Shown piece by piece: positions 1 to 17,814 of a DNA stretch of 64,000 nt. Origin of the DNA: the human T2T-CHM13v2.0 reference genome, Homo sapiens; assembly GCF_009914755.1 (NCBI RefSeq), contig NC_060947.1; one strand, written 5' to 3'. Under the pieces are notes generated by a model. That model searched no databases and had not been told where the DNA came from. It saw only the letters and a program-made list of their open reading frames with translations. Position 1 is the first letter of the stretch. Each line of letters begins with the position of its first letter. The position numbers and the translations under genes were made by a program.

Positions 1-3000
1 TTTTATCAGTTCTAGGAGTTTTTGGAGGGATCTTTAGGGTTTTCTAGGTATACAATCATGTCATCAGCAGATAGCAACAGTTCGACTTCCTCTTTACCAA
101 TTTGGATGCTGTTTATTTTTTTCTCTTGTCTGATTGCTCTGGCTAGGACTTCCAGTACTATGTTGAATAGAAGTGGTGAGAGTGGGCATCTTTGTCTCAT
201 TCTGGTTCTCAGAGGGAGTGCTTTCAACTTTTCCCCATTCAGTACTATGTTGGCTGTGGGTTTGTCATAGATGGCTTTTATTACATTGAGGTATGTCCCT
301 TGTTTGCTGATTTTTGCTGAGGGTTTTTATCATAAAGTGATGCTGGATTTTGTCAAATGCGTTTTCTGCATCTATTGAGATGATCATGTGATTTTTGTTT
401 TTAATTCTGTTTATGTGGTGTATCACATTTATTGACTTGTGTATGTTAAACCATCCCTGCATCTCTGGTATGAAACCCACTTGATCATGGTAGATTATCT
501 TTTTGATATCTTGTTGGATTCAGTTGGCTAGTATTTTGCTAATGATTTTTGCATCTATGTTCATCAGTGATATTGGTCTGTAGTTTTCTTTTTTGGTTAT
601 GTCCTTTCCTGGTTTTGGTATTAAGGTGATACTGGCTTCATAGAATGATTTAGGGAGGATTCCCTCTTTCTCTATCTTGTGGAATAGTGTCAATAGGATT
701 GGTACCAATTCTTCTTTGAATGTCTGGTAGAATTCAGCTGTGAATTCATCTGGTCCTGGACTTTTTTTGTTGGTAATTTTTTAAAATTACCATTTCAATC
801 TTGTTGCTTGTTATAGGTCTGTTCAGGGTGTCTAATTCTTCCTGATTTAAGCAAGGAGGGTTGTATCTTTCCAGGAATTTATCCATCTTCTCTATGTTTT
901 CTAGTTTATATGTGTAAAGGTGTTCATAGTAGGCTTGAATTATCTTTTGTATTGCTGTGGTGTCAGTTGAATATCTCCCATTTTGTTTCTAACTGAGCTT
1001 ACTTGGATTTTCTCTCTTGTTTTCTTGGTTAATCTTGCCAATGGTCTATCAATTTTATTTATCTTTTCCAAGAACCAGCTTTTTGTTTCATTTATCTTTT
1101 GCATTTTTTTTGGTTTCAATTTAATTTAGTTCTGCTCTGATCTTGGTTATTTCCTTTCTTCTGCTGGGTTTGGGTTTGGATTGTTCTTGTTTCTCTAGTT
1201 CCTTGAGGTGTGACCTTAGAATGTCTATTTGTGCTCTTTTGGGCTTTTTGATGCAGACATTTATGGCTATGAACTTTCCTCTTAGCACTGCATTTGCTGT
1301 ATCTCAGAGGTTTTGATAGGTTGTGTCACTGTTGCCTTTCAGGTCAAAGAATTTTTTAAATTTCAATCTTGATTTCATTGTTGACTCAATGATCATTCAG
1401 GAGCAGGTTATTTAATTTTCATATATTTGCTTGATTTTGAAGGTTCATTTTGGAGTTGATTTCCAGCTTTATTCCACTGTGGCCTGAGAGAGTACTTGAT
1501 CTAATTTCAATTTTCTTAAACTTATTGAGACTTGTTTTGTGGCCTATCATATGGTCTATCTTGGAGAAGTTTCCATGAGCTGATGAATAGAATGTATATT
1601 CTGCAGTTGTTGGGTAGAATGTTCTGTAAATACCTGTTAAGTCCATTTGTTCCAGGGTATAGTTTAAATCCCTTGTTTCTTTGTTGACTTTCTGTCTTGA
1701 TGACCTGTCTAGTGCTGTTAGTGGAATATTGAAGTCCCCCACTATTATTGTGTTGCTACCTATCTCATTTCTTAGGTTTAGTGGTAATTGTTTTATAAAT
1801 TTGGGAGCTCCAGTGTTAGGTGCGTATATATTTAGGATTGTGATATTTTCCTGTTGGACTAGTCCTTTTATCATTATATAATGTCCCTCTTTGTCTTTTT
1901 TAACTGCTCTTGCTTTAAAGTTTGTTTTGTCTTTTATAAGAATAGCTACTCCTGCTTGCTTTTGGTGTCCATTTGCATGGAATGTCTTTTTCCACCCCTT
2001 TACCTTAAGTTGATGTGAGTCCTTATGTGTTAGGTGGGTCTCTTGAAGGCAGCAGATAGGTGGTTGGTGAATTCTTATTCATTCTGCAATTCTGTATCTT
2101 TTAAGTGGAACATTTAGGCCATTTACATTTAACACTAGTATTGAGATGTGAGGTACTATTCCACTCATCATGCTATTTGTTGCATGTATATCTTTTTTTT
2201 TAATTGCATTTTTGTTTTATAGGTCCTGTGGGATTCATGCTTTAAAGAAGTTCTGTTTTGATGGGTTCCCAGGATTTGTTTCAAGATTTAGAGCTCCTTT
2301 TAGCAGTTCTTATAGTGCTGGCTTAGTAGTGGCAAATTCTCTCAGCATTTGTTAGTTTGAAAAAAAACTGTATTTTTCCCTCATTTATGAAGCTTAGTTT
2401 CACTGGATACAAAATTCTTGGTCAATAATTGTTTTGTTTAAGGAGGCTGAACATAGGGCCCCAATCCCTTTTAGCTTGTAGGGTTTCTGCCAAGAAATCT
2501 GCTGCTGATCTGATAAGTTTTCCTTTCTATGTTACCTGGTGCTTTTGTCTCACAGCTCTTAAGATTCTTTCCTTCATCTTAACTTTAGATAACCTGATGA
2601 TAATGTGCCTGGGTGATGATCTTTTTGCGATAAATTTCCCAGGTGTTCTTTGAGCTTTTTGTATTTGAATGTCTAGGTCTCTAGCAAGGTCAGCAAGTTT
2701 TCTTCAATTATTCCCCCAAATACGTTTTCCAAACTTTTAGATTTCTCTTCTTCCTCACGAACGCCAACTATTCTTAGGTTTGGTTATTTAACATAATCCC
2801 AGACTTCTTGGAGGCTTTGTTCATATTTTCTTATTCTTTTTTCTTTGTCTTTGTTGGATTGGGTTAATTTGAAAACCTTGTCTTTGAGCTCTGAAGTTCT
2901 TTCTTCTGATTGTTCAATTCTATTGCTGAGACTTTCCAGAGCATTTTGCATTTCTCTAAGTGCATTCATTATTTCCTGAAGTTTTGATTATTTTTTATTT

Positions 3001-3590
3001 ATGCTATTTCACTGACGATTTCTCCCCTCCTTTCCTGTAGCATTTTTTGATTTCCTTAAATTGGACTTCACGTTTCTCTGGTGCCTCCTTGATTAGCTTA
3101 ATAACTGACCTTCTGAATTCTTTTCAGGTAAATCAGGGATTTCTTCTTGGTTTGGATCCATTGCTGGTAAGCTAGTGTGATGTTTTTAGGGGGGCGTTAA
3201 AGGACCTTGTTTTGTCATATTATCAGAATTGTTTTTCTGGTTCCTTCTCATTTGGGTAGGCTATGTCAGAGGGGCTCAAGGCTGCTGTTCAGATTCTTTT
3301 GTCCCATGGGGTGTTCCCTTGATGTAGTACTCTCCCCCTTTTCTTAGGGATTTGGCTTCCTGAGAGCCGGGCTGTAGTGACTGTTCTCTCTTCTGGATCT
3401 AGCCACCTAGCATGTCTACCAGGCTCTGGGCTGGTACTGGGAGTTGTCTGCACAGAGTCCTGTGATGTGAACTGTCCGCAGGTCTCTCAGCTGTGGATAT
3501 CAGCACCTGCTCCAGTGGAGGTGGCAGCAGGGAGAAATGGACTCTGTGCGGGTCCTTAGTTTTGGTTGTTTCATGCACTATTTTGTGTCT
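1..3590 (-). mobile_element. Old primate L1 (L1PB/L1PA13-16 class), 5' part: 5'UTR, decayed ORF1, ORF2 EN and RT; continues off the left edge
   Basis: ORF-track peptides [18 protein letters not shown]-like (265-480), [12 protein letters not shown] (1419-1874) and QSLQEVWDYVK (2784-2969), with many stops and frameshifts. Confidence 0.9.
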
Positions 3591-3644
3591 GCAATATAGT
3601 CCTCTAGTCTATTTTTAATGGAAACAGAATAAAAAGATACATCC

Positions 3645-3800
3645 ACATTCATTCAGCAAATATTAATTAAGCACTTACTATGTGCCAGGCACTTAAGATT
3701 CATCAGTGGACAAAACAGACAAAATCCCTGTCTTCATGGGGCTTATAGTCTATTGCAGGGAAACAGACAGTAAACATATACAGAAAGAAATCTGTAATGT
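3645..3800 (-). mobile_element. L2 3' end fragment
   Basis: cattcattcagcaaatatt...agcacttactatgtgccaggcact is the reverse complement of the L2 tail. Confidence 0.75.
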
Positions 3801-3940
3801 TAATAAAAATTAGTGCCTTGGTGAAAAATAAAGCTTATCATTAATGAGACTATTGGAAGCCCAGTGTCTTCTGAGGAGATAGATATTTTAGCAGTTTTTT
3901 GATCTTTTAAGAGACTTTTTTTTGTTGTTTTTAAAAACGT

Positions 3941-4239
3941 ATTTTATTTTATTTTTTTGAGACACGGTCTCACTCTCCAGCCCAGGCTGCAGTGCAGTGG
4001 AACAATCACAGCTCACTGCAGCCTTGACTTCCCTGGGCTTAGGTGATTCTCCCACGTCAGTCTTCCAAGTAGCTGGGACTACAGGTGTGCGTCATCATGC
4101 CCGGATAATTTTTCTATTTTTTGTAGAGATGAGGTCTCACTGTTGCCCAGGCTAGTCTCGAACTCCTGGGCTCCAACAATCCTCCTGCCTTGGCCTACCA
4201 AAGTGTTGGGATTACAAGTGTGAAACACTGCACCTAGCC
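3941..4239 (-). mobile_element. AluJ
   Basis: polyT head, dimeric Alu body, J-type gctcactgcagccttgac. Confidence 0.9.
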
Positions 4240-4369
4240 TAACAATATGTTTTAAATCATAGTTTGAAAATCTGATTTGATACCAAGATGCTACTTTTAA
4301 TAATGAATTTACATGTAGCAATTTTAGCTTTAATGAGGCACCTTAATTTTTGTTCAAAATATTTTTATA

Positions 4370-4687
4370 CAGTTGTCCCTCAGTGTCCACGTGGGATTGT
4401 GCAAGTCTCTGATATAAAATGGTGTAGCATTTGCATATAACGTACGCACATCCTCTGTATACTTTAAATCCTCTCCAGATTACTTGTAATGCCTAGTACA
4501 ATGTAAGCGCTATGTAAATAGTTGTTAAACTGTATTGTTTAGGAAATAATGACTAGAAAAAAACTTTACATGTGCAATAGAGACACAACCATCTATTTTG
4601 TTCAGAATACCTTCCAACCCATGGTTGACTGAATTCATGGATGTGGAACCCATGGATGTGGAATCCATGGATATGGAAGGCTGACTG
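4370..4687 (+). mobile_element. MER2 (Tigger-family MITE)
   Basis: TA|cagttgtccctc...ggctgactg|TA termini, core tgatataaaatggtgtagcatttgcatataac; three ~15-bp catggatgtggaa units near the right end. Confidence 0.85.
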
Positions 4688-4752
4688 TAATATAGAAGAG
4701 TATGAATTTGCTAAAACTATCAGAAAATAAGTGTTTCATAATAACTTTTTAG

Positions 4753-4832
4753 GCACCCCACAGTTTACTTGAAGCACTAAAACAGTATTTAGCTTCTTTG
4801 GAAGAGAAAAATGACACTTTACCTCCTTACTG
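4753..4832 (+). pseudogene. PICALM-like exon A (end of ANTH domain)
   Basis: tttttag|...|gtaagt, 80 nt, phase 0-2; APHSLLEALKQYLASLEEK vs PICALM APSSLLDALEQHLASLEGK. Confidence 0.9.
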
Positions 4833-5009
4833 GTAAGTTAATAAATGTCTTAATGTAGGTTAATTTTGTTTCCCTCTAGATAATTTCCTGCGTCTTGAAT
4901 GTTTAATGATATGCGATCGACTAAATAAATTATGGGCTATGAATATGATGGAATACTATTCAGCTATTTTAAATGATGATATGGGACCGAGGTTTTCAGT
5001 CTTTTGTGG

Positions 5010-5124
5010 GATTCCATACTCTTCGCAGGATGATATGCTTCCCAAAGGAACATCTTTTATTAAACTGAATGATTTGCAAAGTCAGAGATTGGGATGGGAA
5101 TATTCAAGAATTTGATTCCTTCAC
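5010..5124 (+). pseudogene. PICALM-like exon B, decayed
   Basis: GTSFIKLNDLQSQRLGWEYSRI*FLH vs PICALM GLSLTKVDEREKQAALEEEQARLKALK; acceptor reads GG, TGA at 5113-5115, no GT donor. Confidence 0.5.
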
Positions 5125-5354
5125 CTAGGGGCTCCTTTAGTGAGAATAACTATTATTGTAGAAGATTATTTAATGACGTGTCAAAGTGCTCATTCATGGA
5201 ATAGAACACATAGTAACATTCAAGACGTGTGTATAGATACACACATCTATCTACACATACACATACATGTACTCTGCTATATATGCATATACATATAAAC
5301 TGAATAATGCAAAATTTGAGGTATGTCACCCCAAACTGTTCACATTAGCTATTT

Positions 5355-5667
5355 CTTTTTTCTTTTTCTTTTTTTTTTTTTTTTTGAGACAGAGTCTCAC
5401 TCTGTCGCCCAGGTTGTAGTGCAGTGGCGTGATCTCGGCTCACTGCAACCTCCACCACCTGGGTTCAGGTGATTCTCCTGCCTCAGCCTCCCCAGTAGCT
5501 GCAATTACAGGCACACGCCACCACACCCTGCTGATTTTTGTATTTTTAGTAGAGACGGGGTTTCACCATGTTGGCCAGGCTGGTCTCTAACTCCTGATCT
5601 CAGGTGATCTGCCTGCCTCAGCCTCCCAAAGTGCTGAGATTGCAGGCGTGAGACACTGCAACCAGCC
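5355..5667 (-). mobile_element. AluS
   Basis: Full dimer with polyT; TSD TTAGCTAT on both sides. Confidence 0.92.
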
Positions 5668-5727
5668 TTAGCTATCTCTAAGTGTAACAATTATGGTTGA
5701 TTTCCATTTTCTTTTTTGTATTTTTCT

Positions 5728-11640
<5,913 letters not shown>

Positions 11641-11907
11641 CTTTTTTGTATTTTTCTATATTTTCAACAATCACTACAAAGGTCACATAATATTAATTCA
11701 TTAGACTTTTTAAGGTTGTATTGATTGTAATCTATTTATATTATCACCTTCTCTTAGACCACAAGCCTATTGACTATTTCTTAATTATCTTTATCACAGA
11801 CAGACATATAGTTAGTATATAGTTGGAGAGATGGATGGATAGATGGATAAACCAAAGAAATGTAAGTTCAGCCAGGCAGAATATATGTAATTCTATTTAT
11901 TATCCAG

Positions 11908-12014
11908 TGTGCCTCATATTTACGGTCATCTTTTAAGTCTTCAACGTGCATTGACTACATCCTTCCCAAATAGTCCAGTTGTGACAGCTTCAGCAAGCAG
12001 AGCTTGGTTTGCAG
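11908..12014 (+). pseudogene. PICALM-like exon D
   Basis: tatccag|...|gtaatg, 107 nt, phase 2-1; HLLSLQRALTTSFPNSPVVTASASRAWFAG vs PICALM DLLDLQQPTFHPSVHPMSTASQVASTWG. Confidence 0.75.
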
Positions 12015-12082
12015 GTAATGTGGCATTATTACATGATTATGTAAGTAATAACTGAAGATAGGATTAGAATCTTCAATTTTTT

Positions 12083-12997
12083 TTAAATTTTATTTTACTT
12101 TATTTTTTTATTTTATTATTATTATACTTTAAGTTTTAGAGTACATGTGCACAATGTGCAGGTTTGTTACATATGTATACATGTGCCATGCTGGTGTGCT
12201 GCACCCATTAATTCGTCATTTAGCATTAGGTATATCTCCAAATGCTATCCATCCCCCCTCCCCCCACCCCACAACAGTCCCCGGAGTGTGATGTTCCCCT
12301 TCCTGTGTCCATGTGTTCTCATTTTTCAATTCCCACCTATGAGTGAGAACATGCGGTGTTTGGTTTTATTGTCCTTGCGATAGTTTGCTGAGAATGATGG
12401 TTTCCAGTGTCATCCACGTACCTACAAAGGACATGAACTCATCATTTTTTATGGCTGCATAGTATTCCATGGTGTATATGTGCCACATTTTCTTAATCCA
12501 GTCTATCGTTGTTGGACATTTGGGTTGGTTCCAAGTCTTTGCTATTGTGAATAGTGCCGCAATAAACATACATGTGCATGTGTCTTTATAGCAGCATGAT
12601 TTATAATCCTTTGGGTATATACCCAGTAATGGGATGGCTGGGTCAAATGGTATTTCTAGTTCTAGATCCTTGAGGAATCGCCACACTGTCTTCCACAATG
12701 GTTGAACTAGTTTACAGTCCCACCAACAGTGTAAAAGTGTTCCTATTTCTCCACATCCTCTCCAGCACCTGTTGTTTCCTGACTTTTTAATGATCGCCAT
12801 TCTAACTGGTGTGAGATGGTATCTCATTGTGGTTTTGATTTGCATTTCTCTGATGGCCAGTGATGGTGAGCATTTTTTCATGTGTTTTTTGGCTGCATAA
12901 ATGTCTTCTTTTGAGAAGTGTCTGTTCATATCCTTTGTCCACTTTTTGATGGGGTTGTTTGTTTTTTTCTTGTAAATTTGTTTGAGTTCATTGTAGA
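12083..12997 (-). mobile_element. 5'-truncated young L1PA (ORF2 C-terminus plus 3'UTR)
   Basis: ORF2 C-terminal peptide [21 protein letters not shown]; TSD TAGAATCTT(C/T)AATTTT at ~12065 and ~12998. Confidence 0.93.
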
Positions 12998-13069
12998 TAG
13001 AATCTTTAATTTTTTTCACTGCTAAACTACCAGCTGTGTCTACTGCCTCTTCCTGAAGCAGTATTTGAC

Positions 13070-13470
13070 CGAGCACTTTCATTCCTAGGAATTTATTCAA
13101 CATATATAGTCAAAATTGTGAAATGATATATGATCAAGAATATTCATTGCAACATTATAATAGCAATGGCACAATTAATAAGAGGCTTGCTTTTATATAA
13201 CTGAAATGTAACAATCTCCAAGTTGTATTGTTAAATGACAAATGAGCAAGATGTGAAACAAAGTATAGTATACTATCATTTTTATTTTTTAAGATAGTAA
13301 AAAGAAGGAATATGTATGTAATGTCTTAAATAATACTTCTGGAAGGATATATAAGAAATGAGTTAAAATGGGCTGCTTCCAAAAAGAGTTTGGTGGTTCA
13401 TGGAAAGAGATGGGTGGGTGAGTCTCCACCATATACCATTTTCTAACTTTTGAAATTAATACCATGAAAA
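13070..13470 (+). mobile_element. Ancient L1M 3' fragments
   Basis: cattcctaggaatttattc...atattcattgcaacatt resembles the decayed L1 ORF2 end. Confidence 0.5.
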
Positions 13471-13597
13471 TAATTACCTATTATTAATATATAAAGTTTA
13501 CAAAGAAACAAAAATATACATCCATACAGTGTGATACTTTGTAATGCTTAAGATGGAAATCCTTTGTAATTTCTTACATTTAGTTTGCTTCATACTT

Positions 13598-14064
13598 AAG
13601 TGGTGTTCTGGAGCCAACTCCTACTAGCTTAGAGGAGCCATAAATTTCCAGGAATATTTCTAGCTGGTTGATGTCACATTGGCAACTTGAAATTGGTCAC
13701 GATGGGAGTATTTATCCTACAGAAATGGGCAAACACTACAAATTAAGCTTTTTTTTTTTTTTTGGAGCCTTGCTCTGTTGCCAGGCTGGAATGCAGTGCA
13801 ATCTCCACCTCCTGGGGTTCAAGCAATTCTCTTGCCTCAGCCTCTCGAGTAGCTGGGACTACAGGCACATACCACCATGTCTAGCTAATTTTTGTATTTT
13901 TAGTAGAGATGGGGTTTCACCATGTTGGCTAGGATGGTCTCAATCTCTTGACCTTGTGATCTGCCTGTCTTGGCCTCCCAAAGTGCTGGGATTACAGGTG
14001 TGAGCCACTGCACCCAGCGTTTTTCTTGAGAGCTGTTTGTTATACATTTATTGGCACACAACTG
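13598..14064 (+). mobile_element. MER63 (hAT) interrupted by an Alu
   Basis: agtggtgttctggagcc...catttattggcacacaactg termini; core matches the MER63 at 61957. Confidence 0.75.
13749..14018 (-). mobile_element. AluS with small deletions
   Basis: polyT plus Alu dimer. Confidence 0.9.
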
Positions 14065-14274
14065 CTCATAGGCAGCCATATTTTGGTTATCTCTACTCTA
14101 GACACAAATCCACGTAATAATGAGCAATATTATCATAGGGCTTATATAGCAGTGTTATCATAGGGTTTATATGTATTTGAATTAAATTTTGTTCTTATTT
14201 TAACTTAAATATTTAGACTGTATGTATGTTAAATGTTTTTATTTTTCTTTTATATATATATATATTTTCAATGG

Positions 14275-14370
14275 ACAAATCTTCTGCATTTTTAATGGCG
14301 AGTTCAACCAAAGCTACGATAAACATAAGTTCTTTGCGTAAAACAATATGCATAGAAAAACTGTACACTT
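14275..14370 (+). pseudogene. Possible decayed PICALM-like exon E
   Basis: DKSSAFLMASSTKATINISS vs PICALM DPFSA...PFLTKSSGDVHLSISS; acceptor reads GG, donor unclear. Confidence 0.3.
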
Positions 14371-14457
14371 GGTTCATTTCCAAAAGAATAACTACTGTCA
14401 CTTTTCTGAGTCCTTGTGCTTTGGGTATTATTAGTGCTTACAACAGATGTTACAAGA

Positions 14458-14860
14458 CAGTTTAACATAGTGGTTAAGAGAATAAGCTATGGATTCAGTT
14501 CGATGTGTATGTATTCTAAAGGCCTATGGGCGTGATTACCAACAGACCAATACTGACTACTGGTGATCTCCACAGTAGTGTCACCCTCATTGCTTCAACC
14601 AATTCTATTGACAATACTGTGACCAGTTGAAACCACTTTTTATCTTAAATTACTATAATTTACAAATGCTGGCCATGGAGCCAGAGTGCTTGGATTCAAA
14701 TTTCACTCTGCCATTCATAGACTGTGTTTTTGAGCAGATCATTTAGCCTCTCTGTACCTCAGCTTCCTTATCCTTTTAAGATTGCTGGCAAAATTAAATG
14801 AGTTGATATACACAGAGTGATTAGAACAGTGCCTAGCCCATAGTAAGTGCTGTTATTGTT
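14458..14860 (+). mobile_element. MIR split by a ~170-bp insert
   Basis: atagtggttaagag...ggagccagagtgcttggattcaaat...agaacagtgcctagcccatagtaagtgct. Confidence 0.75.
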
Positions 14861-14929
14861 GTTTTTGTACTTCTATCCTTCTATCACTCTTACCAACTTA
14901 TTCCATGGTAAACCAAAAGCTCTATCCTT

Positions 14930-16312
14930 GGCAGTTTCACTGAATGATTTTTCTCTATCTCTGGCCTTGGTTGGAGATACTTCCCTTAGGGTTTTAATTA
15001 CTATGTATATTCTGGGGAGAGAGAAAGAGAGAGAGAGAGAATTATATTTCTGTTTACATTTATATCTACAGCTCCAAACTTATATATCCAGCTGTCTAAT
15101 GGACTTTTCCACTTGCATGTTCTACAATTATCTCAAACTCAATTTATCCAAAATGAAATGGCTCACTTACCGTCTCCCAAACCTTGCTCCTTTGCCTTTG
15201 GCATGTGCTTAGTAAATGGCACTGTTATCCATTTACTCAGGTGCTCAGTTGATACCAGGGAATTATTTTTGATACTTCCTTCTCCCTCACTTCCATATCC
15301 AACACATTACCAAATCCTATTCATTCTACTGCTCAATGATCTCTCAATTCTCTCCACTTCTTTCTATCCAAACTGCCTCAACCTTAGCTAAAACCACTGT
15401 CATTTCTCTCTTGGATTACTATAATAGCTACATAACTGCCCCCCCCACATCCATTTGCCCTCCTATAATCCATTCTGAATATGGCAATCAGAGTGATATT
15501 TTAGAAAGTCAAATATAATCATGCTATTCCCTTGATCAAAACCTTTAAGAGAATTTCAGTTATCCAAGGATAAAGCCTACAAGCTTCATGTTGTGTTGTT
15601 CTTGCTCAACTTTCTGGGATACTGGAGTTGTTTCACTTATTTACACATCCCCCAGGGTCTTTCTAATTCTCAGGCTGGAATCCTTTTCTCTCCTTCCCCT
15701 GGCCCTAATCCTCATGGCCTATATAACTTATATTTTATCCTGTAAGTCTCAGATTAACTAACACAGAAGACTAATTCTTGACTCCCTAGATGAAGTTAAA
15801 TTTCCTTGATACATTCATGTAGTATTCTGTACTTCTTCTTTTATAATATTCAACAAATTGTAATTTTACTCAGATCCTGCAGGATCACCGTGATTCACTT
15901 TCTCACATCCTTTAGGTCATTACTTAAAAGTACCCTTCTCGGTGAGCCATTCCTATTTAAAATTTAAATTACTGCATGCGCCAAACTAAATACATAAAGC
16001 AAAAGTTATTAGAGATACATGGAGAACTTGAGAAAAATACTACTATAACGGGCAATTTCAAACCATCTCTTTCATTATTGGACATATCTCTCCCACTGAC
16101 ATATCATGTCTCTTTCCCTGATGTTTTTTCCTTAGCACTTATCAGTATCTGACATAGCATATACTTCATCTTGGTTGTTTTCTGTCTCCATTAGAATGTA
16201 AATCACATGAAGGCAGGGATATTTATCTTTTTTCCTCACTGCTGTATCTTTAGCACCTACTACAGTGTCTGGCACATAACAAGGGCTAAATTAAAATTTA
16301 TTCAATAAATAA
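14930..16312 (+). mobile_element. L2 fragments ending in an L2 3' tail
   Basis: tctcaaactcaatttatccaaaatgaa; tagaatgtaaatcacatgaaggcaggga...cagtgtctggcacata. Confidence 0.7.
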
Positions 16313-16444
16313 CTTTAAATCACTCTTCTTTTACCTAATAATTTGAGGTCCTGTTAGTTTGTAGTGGGAGGGTACACATATATCATTACTCTATTGATAT
16401 AAACTTGGTTTATGTTTTCATCTCATTTTGTCTCTTATTTTTAG

Positions 16445-16575
16445 ATTATTTTGACTACATGATACATTACAACCATCATTACCTTCACAAGCCCACGAAC
16501 CTATTGGAGCCAGACAGCAAGGTGGAACGATTATAGCAAACAACCTAAATGGCTCACCTGCTAGCCTTGTAGGAC
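16445..16575 (+). pseudogene. PICALM-like exon F (frameshifted, donor lost)
   Basis: Strong pyrimidine tract plus ttag|; DYF/LHDTLQPSLPSQ...NNLNGSPASLVG vs PICALM GFDELGGLLKPTVASQ...DDLDSSLANLVG; 131 nt; donor reads ATAAAC. Confidence 0.8.
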
Positions 16576-16683
16576 ATAAACATCTATTTTTAAATTAATA
16601 TTTTAAATATATTTTAAAATGCATTTTAAGAAAAAGTATTTACACAAAAATAATGTAAACCTTCTGTTTGTTTTATGAAACAG

Positions 16684-16714
16684 ATTTTTACTTCGAATAA
16701 ATCCCAGTCAATAG
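16684..16714 (+). pseudogene. PICALM-like 31-nt exon G with in-frame TAA
   Basis: aaacag|...|gtaagt, phase 1-2, same size and position as the recalled PICALM NLGIGNGTTKN exon; TAA at 16698-16700. Confidence 0.75.
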
Positions 16715-17229
16715 GTAAGTTTTTATTATTTAAAAAAAGATAGAGAGGGAGGGCTGGGCAGGAAAGAAAAAAAAAGGCAACCAATAAATACATGCCAGAG
16801 GAAATGGCTTGTAAGAGTAAGAACTAGAAAATAATTTTCAAATTAGATATCATAATTGCTTGTTATGAAACTCTATAACATGTGGACTTTTTAAACTTAA
16901 ATAATTAAAGTGGAAAATTTATTTATTATGCACTATCCTAACTTTTGTAGGTAAAGTTCTTGGTTAAAGTATACTGTATTACATGGTTCTCCACCTACCC
17001 ATCTGATAATCCTTCTTGGCTCATCTGAAGGATCTTCTTTTCTAGGCATGTCTTAAATATTGGCATTCCTCGTAGTTCTTTGTATTCTTGGTTCTTTTCC
17101 TTATGATAATAGACTCTATTAAATAAATAATGCTTATTTTTATTTTATCAAGCAAAAATAATGAATCAACTAGTTGGAGCTCCTGAGTATCTATCATAGG
17201 TTAGCCAGTGTGAACTTCAGTGAGTTAAC

Positions 17230-17769
17230 TCCTAAAATTTCAGCCAAAAAAATAACAGGGAAATGGAAACCAAAGGAAGGCAGAAGTGATAATATTAACA
17301 ACAAGTAATATAGAATGTAAGGTTAAAAGCCAGGTAAAGAGGATAAGGATAAGGATTTTTAGGCCTTATCTGACAAAAAGGGCATGATCTGATGTTAATC
17401 AGCTAGGGGAAACAGCAAGGCCTGTTTCTTCAGATTCTTCTCTGTGATCCTTTGCCTTCAGACATAAGGATGTTTCTTACCTGGATTTTTAGGTCTACCT
17501 AAAAATCCCTCCTTTAAGGATAAGGAGGGATATCATATAACGGTAAAAGGCACTATTTATGAAGACATAACAATATTAATGCTGTAGCACTAAGCTAAAT
17601 ATAGACAGCAAAAGTTATTAGAAATACATGGAGAACTTGAGAAAAGTATAATTATAATGGCAATTTCAGATCACTTCTTTCATTATTAGACAGGTCTAGT
17701 AGATAAAACATAAGTAAAGACGAAGGAATTCGAATAAAACATAATAAATAAATAACAATAATAAACCAG

Positions 17770-17814
<45 letters not shown>

